From Microbacter sp. (GTDB lineage: Bacteria > Bacteroidota > Bacteroidia > Bacteroidales > Paludibacteraceae), in assembly GCA_049976245.1 (NCBI GenBank), contig JBMFIQ010000001.1:1265-65264 (forward strand): a stretch of 64,000 nucleotides of DNA. Reading direction: 5' to 3'. This document shows positions 10,873 to 21,925 of the stretch, in pieces. Each line of letters opens with the position of its first letter. Within the stretch, counting starts at the first letter, position 1. A program made the position numbers and the translations under genes. The notes under the pieces are model-generated. The model was not told where the DNA came from. It did not search any database and saw nothing but the letters and a program-made list of their open reading frames with translations.

Positions 10873-10890
10873 TAAATATCTGTTGATGAA

Positions 10891-11940
10891 TCAAATGATT
10901 AACATGGCGTCGCCGTAAATGCCGAAGCGATAGCCTTCTTCTACGGCTATTTCATAGGCTTTCATCACGGTTTCATAACCGCCAAAGGCACACGTGGCCA
11001 TCAAAAGGGGCGAGTAAGGAAGATGAAAATTGGCAATCAGACTATCCGTTACGCCAAAATCATAAGGAGGGAAAATGAATTTGTTGGTCCAGCCGTCAAA
11101 GGGCTTAACGGTTCCATTGGTGCAGGCGCAAGTTTCCATAGCGCGTAACACTGTTGTTCCGACCGCACACACCGATCGATGGTTTTCTTTGGCTTTGTTG
11201 ATGATGGAGGCTGTTTGCGGTGTGAGCAACATTTGCTCGGAATCCATTTTGTTTTTGGTCAGATCTTCCACATCGATGTCTCGATAGTTAGAAAGTCCGG
11301 CGTGTAAAGTCAAAAAAGCAAATTCAACACCTTTTATTTCAAGGCGTTTCATCAACTCACGACTAAAATGAAGTCCGGCTGTTGGAGATACTACAGCCCC
11401 TTCGTTTCGGGCAAAAATGGTTTGATATCGAACGGCGTCTTCGGGTTCCACTTCTCTACGTATAAAGCGGGGAAGGGGCGTTTCGCCTAGTGAATAGAGG
11501 GTTTTTCTGAAATCTTCATATTCGCCGTCATACAAAAAGCGCACGGTGCGACCTCTTGATGTTGTGTTGTCAATTACCTCGGCAACCAATTCGTTGTTTT
11601 GACCAAAATAGAGCTTATTCCCAACACGAATTTTTCGTGCCGGATCAACCAATACATCCCACATCCGAAGGTTGTGATTCAGTTCCCTTAAAAGAAATAC
11701 TTCAATTTTAGCGTCAGAATTGTCTTTCGTTCCATACAAACGGGCAGGGAAAACCCTCGTGTCGTTAAACACAAAAACATCCTGATCGTTAAAATAGTTC
11801 AAGATATCGGTAAAATAGATGTGCTCAATGTCACCTGTTTGTTTGTGAAGGACTAAAAGTCGGGATTCGTCTCGGTGTTTGGTGGGATAAAGGGCTATTA
11901 GTTCATCAGGCAATTTAAATTTGAACTGAGAAAGCTTCAT
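10891..11940 (-). CDS. queA: S-adenosylmethionine:tRNA ribosyltransferase-isomerase
   Basis: 349-aa ORF with the classic QueA N-terminus [19 protein letters not shown]...RDESRLLVL. Confidence 0.92.
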   Translation of the reverse strand: MKLSQFKFKLPDELIALYPTKHRDESRLLVLHKQTGDIEHIYFTDILNYFNDQDVFVFNDTRVFPARLYGTKDNSDAKIEVFLLRELNHNLRMWDVLVDPARKIRVGNKLYFGQNNELVAEVIDNTTSRGRTVRFLYDGEYEDFRKTLYSLGETPLPRFIRREVEPEDAVRYQTIFARNEGAVVSPTAGLHFSRELMKRLEIKGVEFAFLTLHAGLSNYRDIDVEDLTKNKMDSEQMLLTPQTASIINKAKENHRSVCAVGTTVLRAMETCACTNGTVKPFDGWTNKFIFPPYDFGVTDSLIANFHLPYSPLLMATCAFGGYETVMKAYEIAVEEGYRFGIYGDAMLII

Positions 11941-12046
11941 AATATGAGGTAGTTAAAAAAATAAAGAATCTCGCGATTGTTTGTATGAATTCAAGGTTTT
12001 TTAAAAAACAAATAAAAATGATGGTCAGAATAAGGCAAATAGTGTG

Positions 12047-12054
12047 CAAAAGTA
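12047..12054 (-). promoter_or_regulatory. candidate -7 box (TACTTTTG) upstream of queA
   Basis: TAnnTTTG match on the minus strand, about 107 nt upstream of the queA start. Confidence 0.3.
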
Positions 12055-12133
12055 CACTATATCAATAGGCAAAGTCAATAGACAAACGGTTAATTTATCT
12101 CAACTTTTTCAATATTATGTAATAATGGAGTGT

Positions 12134-12850
12134 TCAGCGCGGTGGAATGTTCTTGTGAAGCAACGACTCAAACGCTTCGAGGCTCATGCATTGATCGAGG
12201 GTAACATCACCAATTCGGGTTCGAATGAGTTCCGTAAGATGAGCGCCACTTTGAAGGGCAAACCCAATGTCACGTGCCAATGCTCGAATGTAAGTGCCTT
12301 TGCTGCAGACGATGCGGAGTTTTAAAGTCGGCGGTTCAAACGATAGAATTTCCAGCTCATCAATGACTAAAGTTTTGGCGCTCATTGGCACTTCAATGTC
12401 CTGTCGTGCATATTCATAAGCACGTTTTCCTTCAATTTTTACCGCCGAAAAAGCAGGAGGGATTTGTTCAATGGTTCCGATAAATTGTTTCAACGTTTCT
12501 TCAACCAAAGCATAAGTGATGTGATCAACCGGATAATGTCGATCAATGGGTTTCTCTAAATCATATGATGGAGTTGTAGCTCCCAAAAAGAGGGTGGCTA
12601 CATACTCTTTGGTTTGATGTTGAAAGGTGTCAATTTGTTTGGTGGCTTTCCCGGTACAAAGGATTAACACCCCGGTTGCCAACGGATCAAGCGTCCCTGC
12701 GTGTCCAACTTTTATTTTTTTTACGTGAAGTTGTTTACTGATGAGCCAACGAACTTTGTTGACCAAACTAAAGGAAGTCCAATGTAAAGGTTTGTTAAAA
12801 TAGAGAATCTCGCCTTCGATAAAATCCATGAGAAATGGTTCGTATTGCAT
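12134..12850 (-). CDS. truB: tRNA pseudouridine(55) synthase
   Basis: 238-aa ORF with the TruB catalytic motif (KVGHAGTLDPLATGVL). Confidence 0.92.
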   Translation of the reverse strand: MQYEPFLMDFIEGEILYFNKPLHWTSFSLVNKVRWLISKQLHVKKIKVGHAGTLDPLATGVLILCTGKATKQIDTFQHQTKEYVATLFLGATTPSYDLEKPIDRHYPVDHITYALVEETLKQFIGTIEQIPPAFSAVKIEGKRAYEYARQDIEVPMSAKTLVIDELEILSFEPPTLKLRIVCSKGTYIRALARDIGFALQSGAHLTELIRTRIGDVTLDQCMSLEAFESLLHKNIPPR

Positions 12851-13653
12851 TAAAAATCAACATGAACATGCAACAACAATAATATGATAATGATGAGTCC
12901 GAAAATGATGCGATAGTATCCAAAAAGTTTAAAGCCGTATTTAGTGAGGAAAGCAATAAATCCTTTGATGGCAAAAATGGCCACAAAAAATCCGATGAGA
13001 TTGCCGGCAGCCAGCACGATGAGGTTATGATGCGTCAACAGTTCGGGTGTTTTTTTGTAAGCATCCCAAAAGCTGACCACAAATGCTCCTGCCAGAGTTG
13101 GGACACCCAAAAAGAATGAAAATTCGGCAGCGGCTTTTCGCGTCAGTTTTTGTTGCATGCCGCCAATGATGGTGGATGCGCTTCGGCTCAATCCGGGCAG
13201 GACAACCGATAAAATTTGATAAAACCCAATGATCCATGATTTTTTATAACTGATTTCTTCTTCGGAGTGAATGGTGGGTTGTTTAAACCATTGATCAGCA
13301 AACAACAGTACAAAACCACCTGCAAACATCACAAAAGCTATAACCAAAGGGGTTTGAAGGGCTTCATCAATGTAATTTTTTAATAGTAGCCCAACAATGG
13401 CGGACGGAATCAGCGCGTAGATGAGTTTGACATAAAATTGCCATCTTTTGAAATCAATAAATTTTCTCCAATAGACCACAATGACCGATAAGATGGTGCC
13501 AAACTGAATGTTTTCGATAAACAATTTTGTAAAATCATTTTTTTCAATGCCCATAAAAGCTGATGCTAAGGCCATGTGTCCGGTGGATGAAACAGGCAAA
13601 AATTCCGTCAGGCCTTCAATGATAGCCAAAATCACGGTATGCAACCAGGTCAT
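12850..13653 (-). CDS. uppP: undecaprenyl-diphosphate phosphatase
   Basis: 267-aa polytopic membrane ORF with BacA/UppP motifs (EGLTEFLPVSSTGH, PGLSRSASTI). Confidence 0.92.
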   Translation of the reverse strand: MTWLHTVILAIIEGLTEFLPVSSTGHMALASAFMGIEKNDFTKLFIENIQFGTILSVIVVYWRKFIDFKRWQFYVKLIYALIPSAIVGLLLKNYIDEALQTPLVIAFVMFAGGFVLLFADQWFKQPTIHSEEEISYKKSWIIGFYQILSVVLPGLSRSASTIIGGMQQKLTRKAAAEFSFFLGVPTLAGAFVVSFWDAYKKTPELLTHHNLIVLAAGNLIGFFVAIFAIKGFIAFLTKYGFKLFGYYRIIFGLIIIILLLLHVHVDF

Positions 13654-13931
13654 TTGTCGTCCTCCTTTTTATTACGCCACATGATGGCCACAAACATAAA
13701 CAAAAAACCAAACAACGAAATCATCGGCCCAACGGTAATGCGTCGTGTGCTGAAAATGGATGGATTAAAAACTACTCCCGATTTGCTACCCGTCATCAAC
13801 AAAAAGCCGGTTACGATAAAAAGCATGGAAACGCCAATCAAGATCCAGTTGGTTTTGTTGAGAGCAAAATCACGTTGGTTTTCGGTTTCGTCTTTCAAAA
13901 CGGGCTGTTTTTTATTTTGCTTCGTATTCAT
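13650..13931 (-). CDS. DUF3098-family small membrane protein
   Basis: 93-aa ORF with two TM helices. It sits in the conserved Bacteroidota position between ftsX and uppP and overlaps uppP by 4 nt. Confidence 0.7.
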   Translation of the reverse strand: MNTKQNKKQPVLKDETENQRDFALNKTNWILIGVSMLFIVTGFLLMTGSKSGVVFNPSIFSTRRITVGPMISLFGFLFMFVAIMWRNKKEDDK

Positions 13932-13959
13932 ACATAAATTATTAAGAAATTAACTTGTG

Positions 13960-14853
13960 TCAAATAAAGTACATGTCGTTGGTGGTCATGCGAATGTATC
14001 GGTTGACCGCAAAAAGTGCTGCAAAGAAACTGATCAGCAGACCGAACAGCATGACCACACCGGCTACAATCACATCGAGGCGGAGATCGTAAAGATTAAA
14101 TTGAATGCCCAGCCACGATTGAAGATAATAGACTGATCCTGCCAGTAGAAACAGGGCAATTAAAGCGGCTATGATGCCGTTCCATAAATAACGCCATACA
14201 AACGTGCGGCGAATGAACCATGCTCGTGCTCCGACCAATCGCATGGTGTTGATGACAAAACGCTTGGAATAAATGCTTAATCGGATGGTATTATTCAGCA
14301 ATACAATGGAAATAAATACCAATACCGCCGCAATGCCCATCAAGAAATAGCCTGTTTTGGAGAGGTTGTCGTTGACAGTTTTAATAATCTCCTTTTGGTA
14401 AATGATTTCTTTAACCCCGGCGTAATGTTTGAGCCGACTTTCCATTCGGGCTACACTGTCAGTGTTGGCATAGGCCGATGTCAGTTTTACCTCAAAAGAA
14501 GCCAGCAGTGGATTGTATCCTAAAAAATCGGCCGGATTTTCGCCTAATTCCCGAATATGGTCTTTCAGAGCCTGTTCTTTGCTGATGTATTCATACCCTT
14601 TTACGCCTGGCATGGTTTGAATGGCTTGTTGAACTCGTTGTAAATCGTTGGAGGCGATGCTGTCATGCAAAACAACAGACATGTTCACATTTTCTTTAAC
14701 ATAATTTGAAATGTCATTTCCGATGATGATCAACAAGGTGATGAGCCCTATCAAGTAGAGCACAAACGAAATGCTGATTGTTGAAATGAAATGTAGATTG
14801 AAAAAATATTTCCTTCTATGTATTCCTTTTTGTGACATGTCGGCAATGTTCAA
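13960..14853 (-). CDS. ftsX: cell-division permease-like protein FtsX
   Basis: 297-aa ORF with one TM helix, a periplasmic domain and three C-terminal TM helices (FtsX-like permease layout). Confidence 0.8.
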   Translation of the reverse strand: MNIADMSQKGIHRRKYFFNLHFISTISISFVLYLIGLITLLIIIGNDISNYVKENVNMSVVLHDSIASNDLQRVQQAIQTMPGVKGYEYISKEQALKDHIRELGENPADFLGYNPLLASFEVKLTSAYANTDSVARMESRLKHYAGVKEIIYQKEIIKTVNDNLSKTGYFLMGIAAVLVFISIVLLNNTIRLSIYSKRFVINTMRLVGARAWFIRRTFVWRYLWNGIIAALIALFLLAGSVYYLQSWLGIQFNLYDLRLDVIVAGVVMLFGLLISFFAALFAVNRYIRMTTNDMYFI

Positions 14854-14944
14854 ATAAATTGGCTTCTATCCGTATGGTTTGGTTCAATGAACAATGTTTT
14901 GGTACAAAGGTACGATTTTCGATTGATTGATCTTGCTGCTTTCA

Positions 14945-17437
14945 TCATTTCGTTGGTTGTTCAAGTTGATTGCCCTTCTTCTTTTTGCGATACTGGACAA
15001 AAAGGCCTCCCAGAACAAATAATGCCAATAAAATGGAAGAAATCAGTGAAAGGGCGTTTCCTAACGAATAGGATTCTGGGTCGAACGTAAAAGTAATTTG
15101 ATATTGACCCGGCTTCAACAGCATGGCTCGCAACAAATAATCAGCTTCAAAAAACGTCGCCTTTTTGCCTTGAATGGTTGCGTGCCATCCTTTGGGATAG
15201 TAAATTTCCGAAAAGATGGCAATTTGCGGACTCTTTGACTGATAGTTGTATATCAATTCATTGGGTTCATATTTTTGCAGAGTGATGGTGGCGGTGGTAT
15301 CACTTCCAAACGACGATGGCAAGGTGGCTGCAATGGATGATGTTACCACAGCTTCACTTTTGGTGTTAATTTGACCCACTTTTTGAAGTGCTGTTGTCTG
15401 ATCGGGGACCGTGACGATTTTTTTGATGAACCATTGGCTGCCGTTGGCATAAGGATTGAGAATTGGCGGTGCTTTAGGATCGTAAATCAAATATTTCATG
15501 TTCATCATGTTCAACACCACCTGATTGGCTAATGCCTGTTGAATGTCTGAAGCAGTTTTGGCTTGTTTGAAAGCGTTGAATATCGATTCAATTTCAGGAA
15601 TCAACTGAGCATCAATCAAATCCTGATATGAACGAAGCTTGGCGCCGTGATAACCGCCAATGCTTTTGTGAAAATATGAGGTGGAGGCATCGTTGAAGGG
15701 ACTTACCGACAAATTTAACACCCGATAATAGGAAGTATCCTGCATGATGTCCTTGTCTGCGGTGGTTGGTTGAATGTCGGCTGCCTTGGTTTTTGATTCA
15801 AAATTGCTGTCATTGAGATATCTTTTTGCTACGGGATACATATCAAACAGAATCAAAACTCCCAAAATGGCATAGAGATGCATTGTTTTGATTTTCTTTT
15901 TAGTGAAAAGCCAAACAGTGAGAGCCGCCAATGTGATGAAAACAAACGAACGAAATGCGTCGGCGCGTAGCAATGCTTCCCGATCCAACGGCAAAGTGAT
16001 TTTGAGAAAAGCATAATCGCCTGCAAACTGATTGTCGGAAGGGGAGACAAAATTTCCCGCCAGCGAAGGAATCAGCGCAAAGAGCAAACTTAAACCACCG
16101 GTGATTCCAAATGACCAAAGCAATGCTTTTTTGAATTTTTCAGGGTTGTAGTTTCCTTTTACGGTTTGTTGAATGACCAATATCGCTAAAATGGGCATGG
16201 TGTAGCCTGCTATGACCAAAATCATGGAAACCGTTCGGAACTTATTGTACATCGGAATGTGATTGATGAAGAAGTCGGTCAAAAGGCCAAAGTTTTTACC
16301 CCAAGCCAGCATGATTGAAAGTATGGTTGCAGCCAAAAGCCACCATTTAAATCGTCCTTCAACCAGAAATAGTCCTAAAACAAACAAAAAACAGACTATG
16401 GCACCTACGTAAACCGGTCCTGAAGTCATGGGTTGATCGCCCCAGTAAAGCGGCCATTTTTGAGTACTCATAATTTGCGAAGCATCTGCTCCCAACGCAT
16501 CGAGTTTTTGTCCTGTTGCCGAATTTTCACTCAACATGCCGTCACTGGCACCACCTCGAAAGTCAGGGATCAATAAAGTCAACGTTTCTCCAATTCCATA
16601 ACTCCATTGTGTAATGTAATCTTTGTCAAGCCCATTGTGTTGTTGTCCGTTTTCCGAAGCCGATGATCCCTGGCCCCGCATCGAATATTTTCCGTATTCG
16701 TAGGTTGTGATGAGCGTTGTGGCATTGACTCCTACCGCCAATATCAGACTGATGAGCAATGCGCCTGTTGTCTTTAAAAAGTCGGCATATTGTTTGAATT
16801 TAATGCTGTAAATAAGTTCCGATACGCCAAAAACAAACAGTAAGATCAAGACATAATAAACAATTTGATAATGTCCTGCTTTGATGCCTAATGACAAAAA
16901 AATGGCCGTCAAAATGGCGCCAAGCCATCGTCGCCCGCTGAAGGACATCACCACACTTCCAATGACGGGAGCCATGTAGGCTATGGTAATGGCTTTACTG
17001 CTGTGTCCTGCTGCAATGATGATGAAATTGTAAGAAGCAAAGGCAAATGCCACTGCTCCTACGATGCTTAGCCAAGGATTTACACGGAGCGAAAGCAACA
17101 AAATGTAAAATCCAATTAAGTAAAGTATAAGATAATAAACCGGACGTGGGAATACAGTAAAAAATGAATAAATGAAGCTGACTGCATCTGCCGGAGTTTT
17201 CATGGCAATTTGATAAGTCGGCATCCCGCCAAACATGCTGTTGGTCCATAGGGTGGGCGTTTTGTGAGTGGCGTTGTAGTCAACAGTTTCTTTAGACATA
17301 CCTGCCCACGTCTGATTGTCATGACCAATGACAACTTTCCCGTCGAGCACAGGACTGAAATAAACATACGAAATGACGATGAAAAAGAGAATGGCTACAA
17401 CGTGTGGCACCGATTTTGACCAAAATGATTTGTCCAT
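14945..17437 (-). CDS. YfhO-family polytopic membrane protein (GT-C-like)
   Basis: 830-aa ORF with many TM helices in the N-terminal ~550 aa and a soluble C-terminal domain ending in a final TM helix. The N-terminal sequence resembles Bacteroidota YfhO-family proteins. Confidence 0.7.
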   Translation of the reverse strand: MDKSFWSKSVPHVVAILFFIVISYVYFSPVLDGKVVIGHDNQTWAGMSKETVDYNATHKTPTLWTNSMFGGMPTYQIAMKTPADAVSFIYSFFTVFPRPVYYLILYLIGFYILLLSLRVNPWLSIVGAVAFAFASYNFIIIAAGHSSKAITIAYMAPVIGSVVMSFSGRRWLGAILTAIFLSLGIKAGHYQIVYYVLILLFVFGVSELIYSIKFKQYADFLKTTGALLISLILAVGVNATTLITTYEYGKYSMRGQGSSASENGQQHNGLDKDYITQWSYGIGETLTLLIPDFRGGASDGMLSENSATGQKLDALGADASQIMSTQKWPLYWGDQPMTSGPVYVGAIVCFLFVLGLFLVEGRFKWWLLAATILSIMLAWGKNFGLLTDFFINHIPMYNKFRTVSMILVIAGYTMPILAILVIQQTVKGNYNPEKFKKALLWSFGITGGLSLLFALIPSLAGNFVSPSDNQFAGDYAFLKITLPLDREALLRADAFRSFVFITLAALTVWLFTKKKIKTMHLYAILGVLILFDMYPVAKRYLNDSNFESKTKAADIQPTTADKDIMQDTSYYRVLNLSVSPFNDASTSYFHKSIGGYHGAKLRSYQDLIDAQLIPEIESIFNAFKQAKTASDIQQALANQVVLNMMNMKYLIYDPKAPPILNPYANGSQWFIKKIVTVPDQTTALQKVGQINTKSEAVVTSSIAATLPSSFGSDTTATITLQKYEPNELIYNYQSKSPQIAIFSEIYYPKGWHATIQGKKATFFEADYLLRAMLLKPGQYQITFTFDPESYSLGNALSLISSILLALFVLGGLFVQYRKKKKGNQLEQPTK

Positions 17438-17477
17438 GTCTGTGAGTTTTTTATGGGATAATAAAAGGTACAGTTTT

Positions 17478-18860
17478 TTACTGTTGTAAAACTTTGGTGG
17501 TTACTGTGATTCCTTGCAAGGTGGCAGATGAAGCATCCGTTATTTCAACTTGAACCAATTCTCCGATGTGAATTCCTTCTTTCGGGAAAATGACCACTTT
17601 GTTTTGTGATGTTCGACCATAAAAGAAATCGCGTGATCGTTTTGAATAGCCTTCTGCCAATACTTCTACCGTTTTCCCAATTTCTTTTTGATTGTTTTCT
17701 TTTGAAATCTGATTTTGCAGGTCAATGATTTCCTGTAACCGTTGTATTTTAATAGCTTCCGGTACATCGTCTTTCAAATGTTTGGCAGCATAAGTTCCGG
17801 GTCTTTCGGAATATTTAAACATAAAGGCGGCATCAAATCGAACTTCCTTCATCAATGAAAGTGTTTCATGATGATCTTCTTCTGTTTCGGAAGGAAATCC
17901 GCAAAACAGATCGGTGGTAATGCTTGCTTCAGGTAATATTGTACGGATGGCATGAATCCGATCTAAATACCACGCGCGTGTGTATTTTCGGTTCATCTTT
18001 TCCAATATTCGATCACTACCCGATTGGACAGGTAAATGAATGTTTTTGCAAAGGTTTGGATAGGAAGCAATCACCTCCAATGTTCGGTCGCTCATGTCTT
18101 TTGGATGAGATGTCGTAAACCGAATGCGAAGTTCGGGAGCTGCTTCGGCTACCATTTCAAGTAATTCGGAAAATCCAATCGTCTTCTCCTGACGTTTAAA
18201 AACATAAGAGTTGACATTCTGCCCCAAAAGAATGATTTCTTTGTATCCTTTTTGTCGCAGGTTGTTTACTTCGTTTAATATGCTTTCAACGTCGCGGCTT
18301 CGTTCTCTTCCTCGGGTATAAGGCACTATACAATAAGTGCAAAAATTGTTACATCCTCTTGTAATTGAAACATATCCGGAGATGGATTTCCCAATGCGAG
18401 CCGGCATGACATCGCGGTAAGTTTCTACGGTTGAAAGCGTCACGTTGATGGCTTTTTGACCTTGCGAAGCGCTTTGAAGCAAATGGGGTAAGTCCATATA
18501 AGCATCAGGTCCTGCTACTAAGTTAACTCCATATGAATCAATAAGTTCATCTTTCATTCGTTCGGCCATGCACCCAATGATGCCGACAATGAGATCCTTT
18601 TTTTGTTTTTTGAAATGTTCAAACTGTTCCAACCGATGAATCACTCGTTGTTCAGCATTGTCGCGTACTGAACAGGTATTGATGAGGATGGCGTTGGCTT
18701 GATCGTATTGGTCGGTTAGTTCGTATCCGTCCATCTCTAAAATGGAGGCCACAACTTCAGAATCGGCGGCATTCATCTGGCACCCGTACGTTTCAATGTA
18801 TAATTTTTTTGAGCGCTCTTCGTTTTTATAATGTTGGTTGATGTCGTCTGATTTTAGCAT
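17478..18860 (-). CDS. miaB: tRNA-2-methylthio-N6-dimethylallyladenosine synthase
   Basis: ORF track 17478..18950. The likely start is the ATG at 18860 (MLKSDD...KLYIETYGCQMN). It has the radical-SAM CNNFCTYC motif and a C-terminal TRAM domain. Confidence 0.92.
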   Translation of the reverse strand: MLKSDDINQHYKNEERSKKLYIETYGCQMNAADSEVVASILEMDGYELTDQYDQANAILINTCSVRDNAEQRVIHRLEQFEHFKKQKKDLIVGIIGCMAERMKDELIDSYGVNLVAGPDAYMDLPHLLQSASQGQKAINVTLSTVETYRDVMPARIGKSISGYVSITRGCNNFCTYCIVPYTRGRERSRDVESILNEVNNLRQKGYKEIILLGQNVNSYVFKRQEKTIGFSELLEMVAEAAPELRIRFTTSHPKDMSDRTLEVIASYPNLCKNIHLPVQSGSDRILEKMNRKYTRAWYLDRIHAIRTILPEASITTDLFCGFPSETEEDHHETLSLMKEVRFDAAFMFKYSERPGTYAAKHLKDDVPEAIKIQRLQEIIDLQNQISKENNQKEIGKTVEVLAEGYSKRSRDFFYGRTSQNKVVIFPKEGIHIGELVQVEITDASSATLQGITVTTKVLQQ

Positions 18861-19174
18861 GAAAGTAATCAATAATTTGGGACAAAGATACACATTTTTG
18901 AATAATGTTTTTAATCCCTTCATCATGCCTTCCCTTGACGTTTGTTGCATGAATGAGATGAAGCAATGTGATCATCAACAAAATGAAGTTAAACATTGAT
19001 GAATTCCATCGCATCGTTCAGGTAGAAACAGCGTCATCGTTGTTTTACCCCAAAAGTAATCTATGACGAATGAATTTGTTCCAATATTTAAGAAGGAAAG
19101 GGCTGAAGCTATTTAGGCGGAACTAAATCAACAAATTTTTTCTTGAAACGAATTTCCCTGTCAATGTAACACTT

Positions 19175-19215
19175 CCAAAAAAATTCGTCTGATAAAACAT
19201 GTTTATTATCAGACG
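19175..19215 (-). terminator. intrinsic terminator of the TonB-dependent receptor gene
   Basis: A perfect 10-bp stem (19186-19195 cgtctgataa / 19206-19215 ttatcagacg) is followed on the minus strand by AATTTTTTT (plus-strand A-run 19177-19183). It lies 58 nt after the stop at 19273. Confidence 0.75.
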
Positions 19216-19272
19216 ATAGATAGAAAGGATGACTTTGGCGTGTCGGAATTTAAATCCTTGTGAGCGGTTTTT

Positions 19273-21720
19273 TCAGAACTTCACGCTTAATCCAATCAAG
19301 CAGTTAAACCCGGCTTGAGGGAAATAGCCAAAGTCATTGTAGCGTGTTAACGGATCAGACGTTGATGCTTGATAATAGTACGAGTAGGTCCAAGCATTGC
19401 TGATGTACATTGCATTCAATACATTGTTGAGTAAGAGTGAAAGTTGAACTTTTTGAAGTCCTTTGATTGGGAAAAGATAACTCAACCGGATGTTATTGAA
19501 GCAGTAAGCATTTAAGGAACGTTCATTGCTGCCTGTGTTATCAATGTATTGTTTTCCGATCCAGTGTGTCTCAAGATCAGCTTCAAAACCATGCTTGATA
19601 AAGGAGAGCACACTGTTGCCAATCACCGACGGGGAAAAGGCAATGGGGACATTCCCCAAATAATTGGATATCTGACGATTCCAAGCCCAGTCACTTCCGG
19701 TGTAAACATCGACGTATTCAGTGTAGTTGTCAATACGATTTTGGCTAAGAGTTAGCGCAGCATTCCATTGAAGAGACGAAACCGGTTTTATGGCCCAAGT
19801 CAATTCAATGCCGGTGCGATAACTTTTGGGCATGTTGGTTGTCAATGCTTCGCCGATGTCATTGATTTTCCCGGTCAACACCAGCTGGTTTTTGTAGTTC
19901 ATGTAATAGCCGTTGATGCCCAATGACACCCACGGCAGGTCATATTTGTAGCCAATTTCCGTGTCGTACAAGGTTTCATGGGTTGGCCATTCTCCTGCAG
20001 TGGCATCGGTATAGTTGGTTCGTGCCGGTTCGCGGTGCGCCACGGCAAACGAGACAAAGAGTCGGTGATGAGCTGATGGGCGAAACATTAAACCTACTTT
20101 TGGATTGAAGAAATGGAACATCTGATCGACATTGAGTGGCTGCATGGCGTTTAAGGCATCATCCCAGTTTTCATTTTGCCCGTAGAGCGAGTAATGCACT
20201 TGCCGGTACTGCAAATCGGTGTAAATGTTTAACTTGGAAAGAATGTCATAATTAAGTTTTAAATAGAAATTTCCGTCCCATTTATTGACATGGTTGCGAT
20301 AATATGGCCAATCGGGGAGCAGGTTGCCGAGATAATTTTTTACCCATGTTACTTGTCCGTAATGTACTCCCCAATAATCATTTAATGCGCCGCCAAGTTG
20401 TGCCGTGAGTTTTTCTGTCTGATAATTGAGCGAGAACACTCCACCGGCAAATTGTGTTGTCATCCATTGCTGCCTCACCAAATCACTGTTGGTGATTTCT
20501 GTTCCATTGACATTGAAGGGCATCAGTCCATATTGAGCCAATACTTGGTTCTGTTTGTATTCTTCGTAATAACCACTGCCGGGTGTGTAATGCAATGCGG
20601 CATTCATGCTAAACTTGTCCGAAAAACGATGAATTCCAATTAATTGGTAAGTTGTTTGCAAGTAATTATCCGTCTGGTTTTTGTAATAGAGCGCTTTCCC
20701 GTTGGCGTCAAAACCCATAAATCCGCATGGGTTGTAAGTACGGTGAGTTGCCAGCGAATCGGCAGGAACACCATTCCAGGCATGGTATGTTTTTTCACTT
20801 CCGCCAAATGTAATTAATTTAACGGTTGTGTTGGCATTGTAATATCCTGCTTGCAAAAAATATGAGTACAAGCGTGCGGTAGCTCTGTCAATGTATCCAT
20901 TGGACGAAATGGATGAAAAACGTGAATCAATGGCCCAATGATGGTTGATCAAGCCGGAACTAACCTTGACATTGCCCTTGAAAGTATTGAACGATCCGTA
21001 ACTGAGATCCACTTCTCCGGTTGGTTTGAGTGAAGGTTTTTCGGTTTGGAGATTGATGTTTGCTCCAAATGCACCGGCTCCGTTGGTGGATGTTCCAACA
21101 CCGCGTTGCACTTGAATGTTTTCAAGGGATGAGGCTATGTCGGGAATGTCAACCCAATATGTTCCCTGTTCATCGGCATCGTTGTATGGAATTCCATTAA
21201 TGGTGACATTGATTCGTGAAGCATCGGTGCCTCGAATGCGAAAACCGGTGTAACCCACGCCTGTGCCAGCATCCGAAGTGGCCACAAAAGAGGGTGTGAA
21301 CGAAAGCAGATAAGGTACATCTTGGCCAAGATTGTTTTGGTTTAATTGTTTTCGCGAAACATTATTGTAAGCAACAGGCGATTGTGCCGTTGCTTGAGTG
21401 GACGAAACCGTTACTTCGTTCAGCCAGTGATTGCTTTTTTGAAGTTGAAAAATAACATTGGCCGTAGGAATGCCGACTGTTTTGGTTTCAGGTTCATACC
21501 CGATAAATGAAACGGTGATTTCAGCTTTGCTGCCTGTGAAGCGTAAAAACCGAAAAAATCCTTCCGCATCGGTGTATTGACCGTCTTTGTGATTTAACAT
21601 CACCGTAGCGCCCGCCAAGGGCATTCCCTTGTCGTCAACTACCTTGCCTTTAATTTCAGTTTGCGCCGTAAGCATCAGCGCACTAAGCTGCAAGATTGCA
21701 GCAAATAACATTGTTCTCAT
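19273..21720 (-). CDS. TonB-dependent outer-membrane receptor with an N-terminal carboxypeptidase-regulatory-like domain, probably for thiamine or a thiamine precursor
   Basis: 815-aa ORF with a signal peptide, a CarbopepD_reg-like start (IKGKVVDDKGMPLAGATVML), a plug, a barrel, and a C-terminal aromatic residue (..SVKF). A TPP riboswitch lies in its 5' leader. Confidence 0.85.
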   Translation of the reverse strand: MRTMLFAAILQLSALMLTAQTEIKGKVVDDKGMPLAGATVMLNHKDGQYTDAEGFFRFLRFTGSKAEITVSFIGYEPETKTVGIPTANVIFQLQKSNHWLNEVTVSSTQATAQSPVAYNNVSRKQLNQNNLGQDVPYLLSFTPSFVATSDAGTGVGYTGFRIRGTDASRINVTINGIPYNDADEQGTYWVDIPDIASSLENIQVQRGVGTSTNGAGAFGANINLQTEKPSLKPTGEVDLSYGSFNTFKGNVKVSSGLINHHWAIDSRFSSISSNGYIDRATARLYSYFLQAGYYNANTTVKLITFGGSEKTYHAWNGVPADSLATHRTYNPCGFMGFDANGKALYYKNQTDNYLQTTYQLIGIHRFSDKFSMNAALHYTPGSGYYEEYKQNQVLAQYGLMPFNVNGTEITNSDLVRQQWMTTQFAGGVFSLNYQTEKLTAQLGGALNDYWGVHYGQVTWVKNYLGNLLPDWPYYRNHVNKWDGNFYLKLNYDILSKLNIYTDLQYRQVHYSLYGQNENWDDALNAMQPLNVDQMFHFFNPKVGLMFRPSAHHRLFVSFAVAHREPARTNYTDATAGEWPTHETLYDTEIGYKYDLPWVSLGINGYYMNYKNQLVLTGKINDIGEALTTNMPKSYRTGIELTWAIKPVSSLQWNAALTLSQNRIDNYTEYVDVYTGSDWAWNRQISNYLGNVPIAFSPSVIGNSVLSFIKHGFEADLETHWIGKQYIDNTGSNERSLNAYCFNNIRLSYLFPIKGLQKVQLSLLLNNVLNAMYISNAWTYSYYYQASTSDPLTRYNDFGYFPQAGFNCLIGLSVKF

Positions 21721-21784
21721 ACCATTTAGTTAGTTTAATGTTTAACAAAATGAAATGAGGGCTTAAAAAAACGAAGAGGATCTG

Positions 21785-21862
21785 TGCTCATTCCCTTCCC
21801 GGCATTACCCGGACAGGTTCAAAGGGTATAATCTCAGCCCGTTATATTAAGGCACCCCAAAG
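21785..21862 (-). promoter_or_regulatory. TPP (THI-box) riboswitch aptamer
   Basis: The minus strand reads GGGGTGCCTTAATATAACGGGCTGAGATTATACCCTTTGAACCTGTCCGGGTAATGCCGGGAAGGGAATGAG. This contains the conserved THI-box blocks GGGGTGC, CTGAGA, ACCCTTTGAACCTG, GGTAATGCC and AGGGA in canonical order. Confidence 0.9.
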
Positions 21863-21925
21863 TAAGGATATATTCAATAAACGCCATGCAACGTTGTACA
21901 CCCGTTGATGTCGATTATTTGAGCG